Source: Catajapyx aquilonaris (taxonomy: Eukaryota). Taken from it: DNA of 34,286 nucleotides. Where the stretch lies: contig KZ539093.1 in the NCBI GenBank assembly GCA_000934665.2, forward strand, positions 1 through 34,286, read 5' to 3'. Of the stretch, positions 32,330 through 34,286 are shown one piece after another. The stretch's first letter is position 1. Every line of letters starts with the position of its first letter. A program made the translations under genes and the position numbers. The notes below the pieces were generated by a model. The model was given only the letters and a program-made list of their open reading frames with translations, was not told the DNA's origin and did not search any database.

Positions 32330-34286
32330 TATAGTGTAATCTCGATCTATCGTTGTCCAGCAGGATCCACCATTTTTCAGCGTATTTTATTTAGTAAACA
32401 TAGCGTGATATGAAAAGGTATATGAAAAAGAGCACTAAAATTTAATTGCCGCCGATGAAGAAAATATTCCGTTGATAGGCCTGCTGTATAAGTTGTCGTA
32501 TTAAAAATAGCTCGATAACAACAACAGTTGCGCTCTAACAAAGAGGAGTGTTGAATCCCCAAAGTGACTTCAAATGGCACAATTAAAGGCTGGGTGACTC
32601 TAGGACGGACAGGCAAAGGTTCGGATTTACTGATGTGCGAAGTTGTTTCTCCTGTCCTGGTAGTAGGCATACACAAGTAATAAAAATACAGTACAGTGTA
32701 TTGGAGTTTGGATTCCATTGTGGACTGACCATCTCCTGGGATGTGCAACATAAAATTCCTGTGATATTTGACTGATTCAACAGTCAAAGGGCTCTGGAGG
32801 CTTGTCTCCCCCCGGCACAATTTTTGTTCAGCAGGGGCGGCACGCTAGCCTTCTACCTGTGAGGTCCATAGTTCGATCACAAGTCGGACGGATGATTTTC
32901 TTATGTGGAACTCGAGACCTCAGAGGTGGAATGGTTGTGTCTGTGCTCTCTATACACCACTATGTGGCTGAAAGGAAATTTTTTACAAGTGACCCGGGTA
33001 AGATTAATATTTACAATCCGTGTCTCGCTCTCCCTGGCCATAAGAGGAGCTTGATTCTTCTTCTCATTATATGATTTTTACACTCTTCATAATTAACATG
33101 CTACATAATATGCGTAAACATTTTTCAGTAATTATAAATCTTGCTTTGCTCTGAAGCAACCTGTGCATGTCCCTTCTTCGCCAACTTGGTTTCAAAGAGA
33201 ATATAAGTGCCCCTGTTGACCGGATCTTCCTTTCATAGAGTGTATATGAGATGTGACATCTGATATGACCTGTTGGCTCATCCTTTCTTCCTAGGTTAGT
33301 TTGCCTTTGTAATTCCCATTTCCCAGGCCTTCAAAGCAGGATTGCCCCCTTCCAAGCATGGCAAACGTGCACTTTGTTTCTGTCAAGACGCCCTGTCGGA
33401 AAATCTCCCCCGCCTGTCCTTATTTCCTCCAGCTCACGTCACTTATGCCCTCTTGTTATCCCTTCGGCTCCAAGCTTTCTGCAGAGCCTGTTACCAGCTG
33501 CTGCATTGTGGCCCAATTTCTGTCAGGCCCACGGTTCTAAACACGCTTCAAAAATATACCTACCAGGCACTCACTCGTCCAGAAGAACTAGGCACCATGG
33601 CCTTGGAGCGTTTTCGCCAAATCATTTTCTACTGGGAAAGTGGGCTACCTCACACCCCCCCCCCCCGCCCGCCTTCCATTTCTGCTCGAGTGATAAAGCA
33701 CTGCAAGGCTATTTTCGCTGCTGGTTATAAATTGGGTCCAAATGTTTTCACGTTGAGAGGGAGGGATGGGGTGAAATTTCGGCGTGACCGAGAATTAAAA
33801 ATCCGACTCTGCAAGTGTCAAGTCTTCGAAAAGCAATGTCCACATCCTATCCCACAGGAAGCAAATGCGCGTCACGATCGTCCCTTGCCTCCTCCCCCCC
33901 TCCTTCTCCTCCCCATCCCTATTCCACTTCCAGGGCCTTTTCAGAGGCCAGCTCGCTTAATATTTTGGGGCGGCCCCCTTCTGGGCTCCATCCTATCCCT
34001 TTGCGTGAGAATCATGCCAAAAGGAAGATGGAATGAAGGGACTGTACTGTACCAACACACCTCCTCGCCTTGCCCTTTTCTGCCCTTCCCAATGCCCCCC
34101 CCCCCTTCCCCTTCAACAATCACACCCAACTAATGCTGCCGACACTAGCAAAGTGTGAGTATGTGTGGTATTTGGTCAGGATTCGGCAAATATTGGGCCC
34201 TATCATGAGCATCCTAATAAGTAACGGTTCATGGGGACCAGGAGCAACATGGGTTAAAAAAGAGAAGAGATCTCAACTGGGTCATT

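Noticed and set aside
33342..34133. Longest ORF (263 aa)
   Set aside because: It has a non-ATG start, its proline runs come from C-homopolymers, and it has no recognisable domain. This is consistent with a chance ORF in GC-richer non-coding DNA.

Overview
This is eukaryotic, gene-free (intergenic or intronic) DNA, probably from a marine invertebrate animal; that assignment is an inference from the repeat repertoire, the microsatellites and recurrent TAGGCCTA motifs. No ORF in the track has a recognisable product, so I call no CDS. About a third of the window is non-autonomous mobile DNA that can be delimited from the sequence alone. (1) A head-to-tail trimer of a Helitron-like rolling-circle element at 2788-5141 (minus strand) has two near-identical 896/897-bp units plus one shorter diverged unit. 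It shows a 5'-TC start, an A|T target site, a non-canonical CGAG 3' end and strand-specific C-GNA-G mini-hairpins. (2) More than a dozen MITE-like inverted-repeat elements have hAT-, Tc1/mariner/pogo-, PIF/Harbinger-, piggyBac-, Kolobok- or Sola-type ends. Several are nested, including one inserted exactly at the symmetry axis of another palindrome. (3) Five copies or fragments of related tRNA-derived SINEs share a head and core but have different 3' tails. (4) There are microsatellites, two N gaps, a perfect 75-bp fold-back palindrome at a truncation breakpoint, and a tail-only retroposon insertion. The unique DNA holds candidate regulatory motifs, the best being a TATA/Inr-spaced core promoter with kB-, IRF- and CRE-like sites at about 29.6-29.85 kb. 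I found no protein-coding novel system. The strongest candidates for something undescribed are the mixed Helitron concatemer and the tail-swapping SINE family. Superfamily labels rest on terminal and TSD signatures only.
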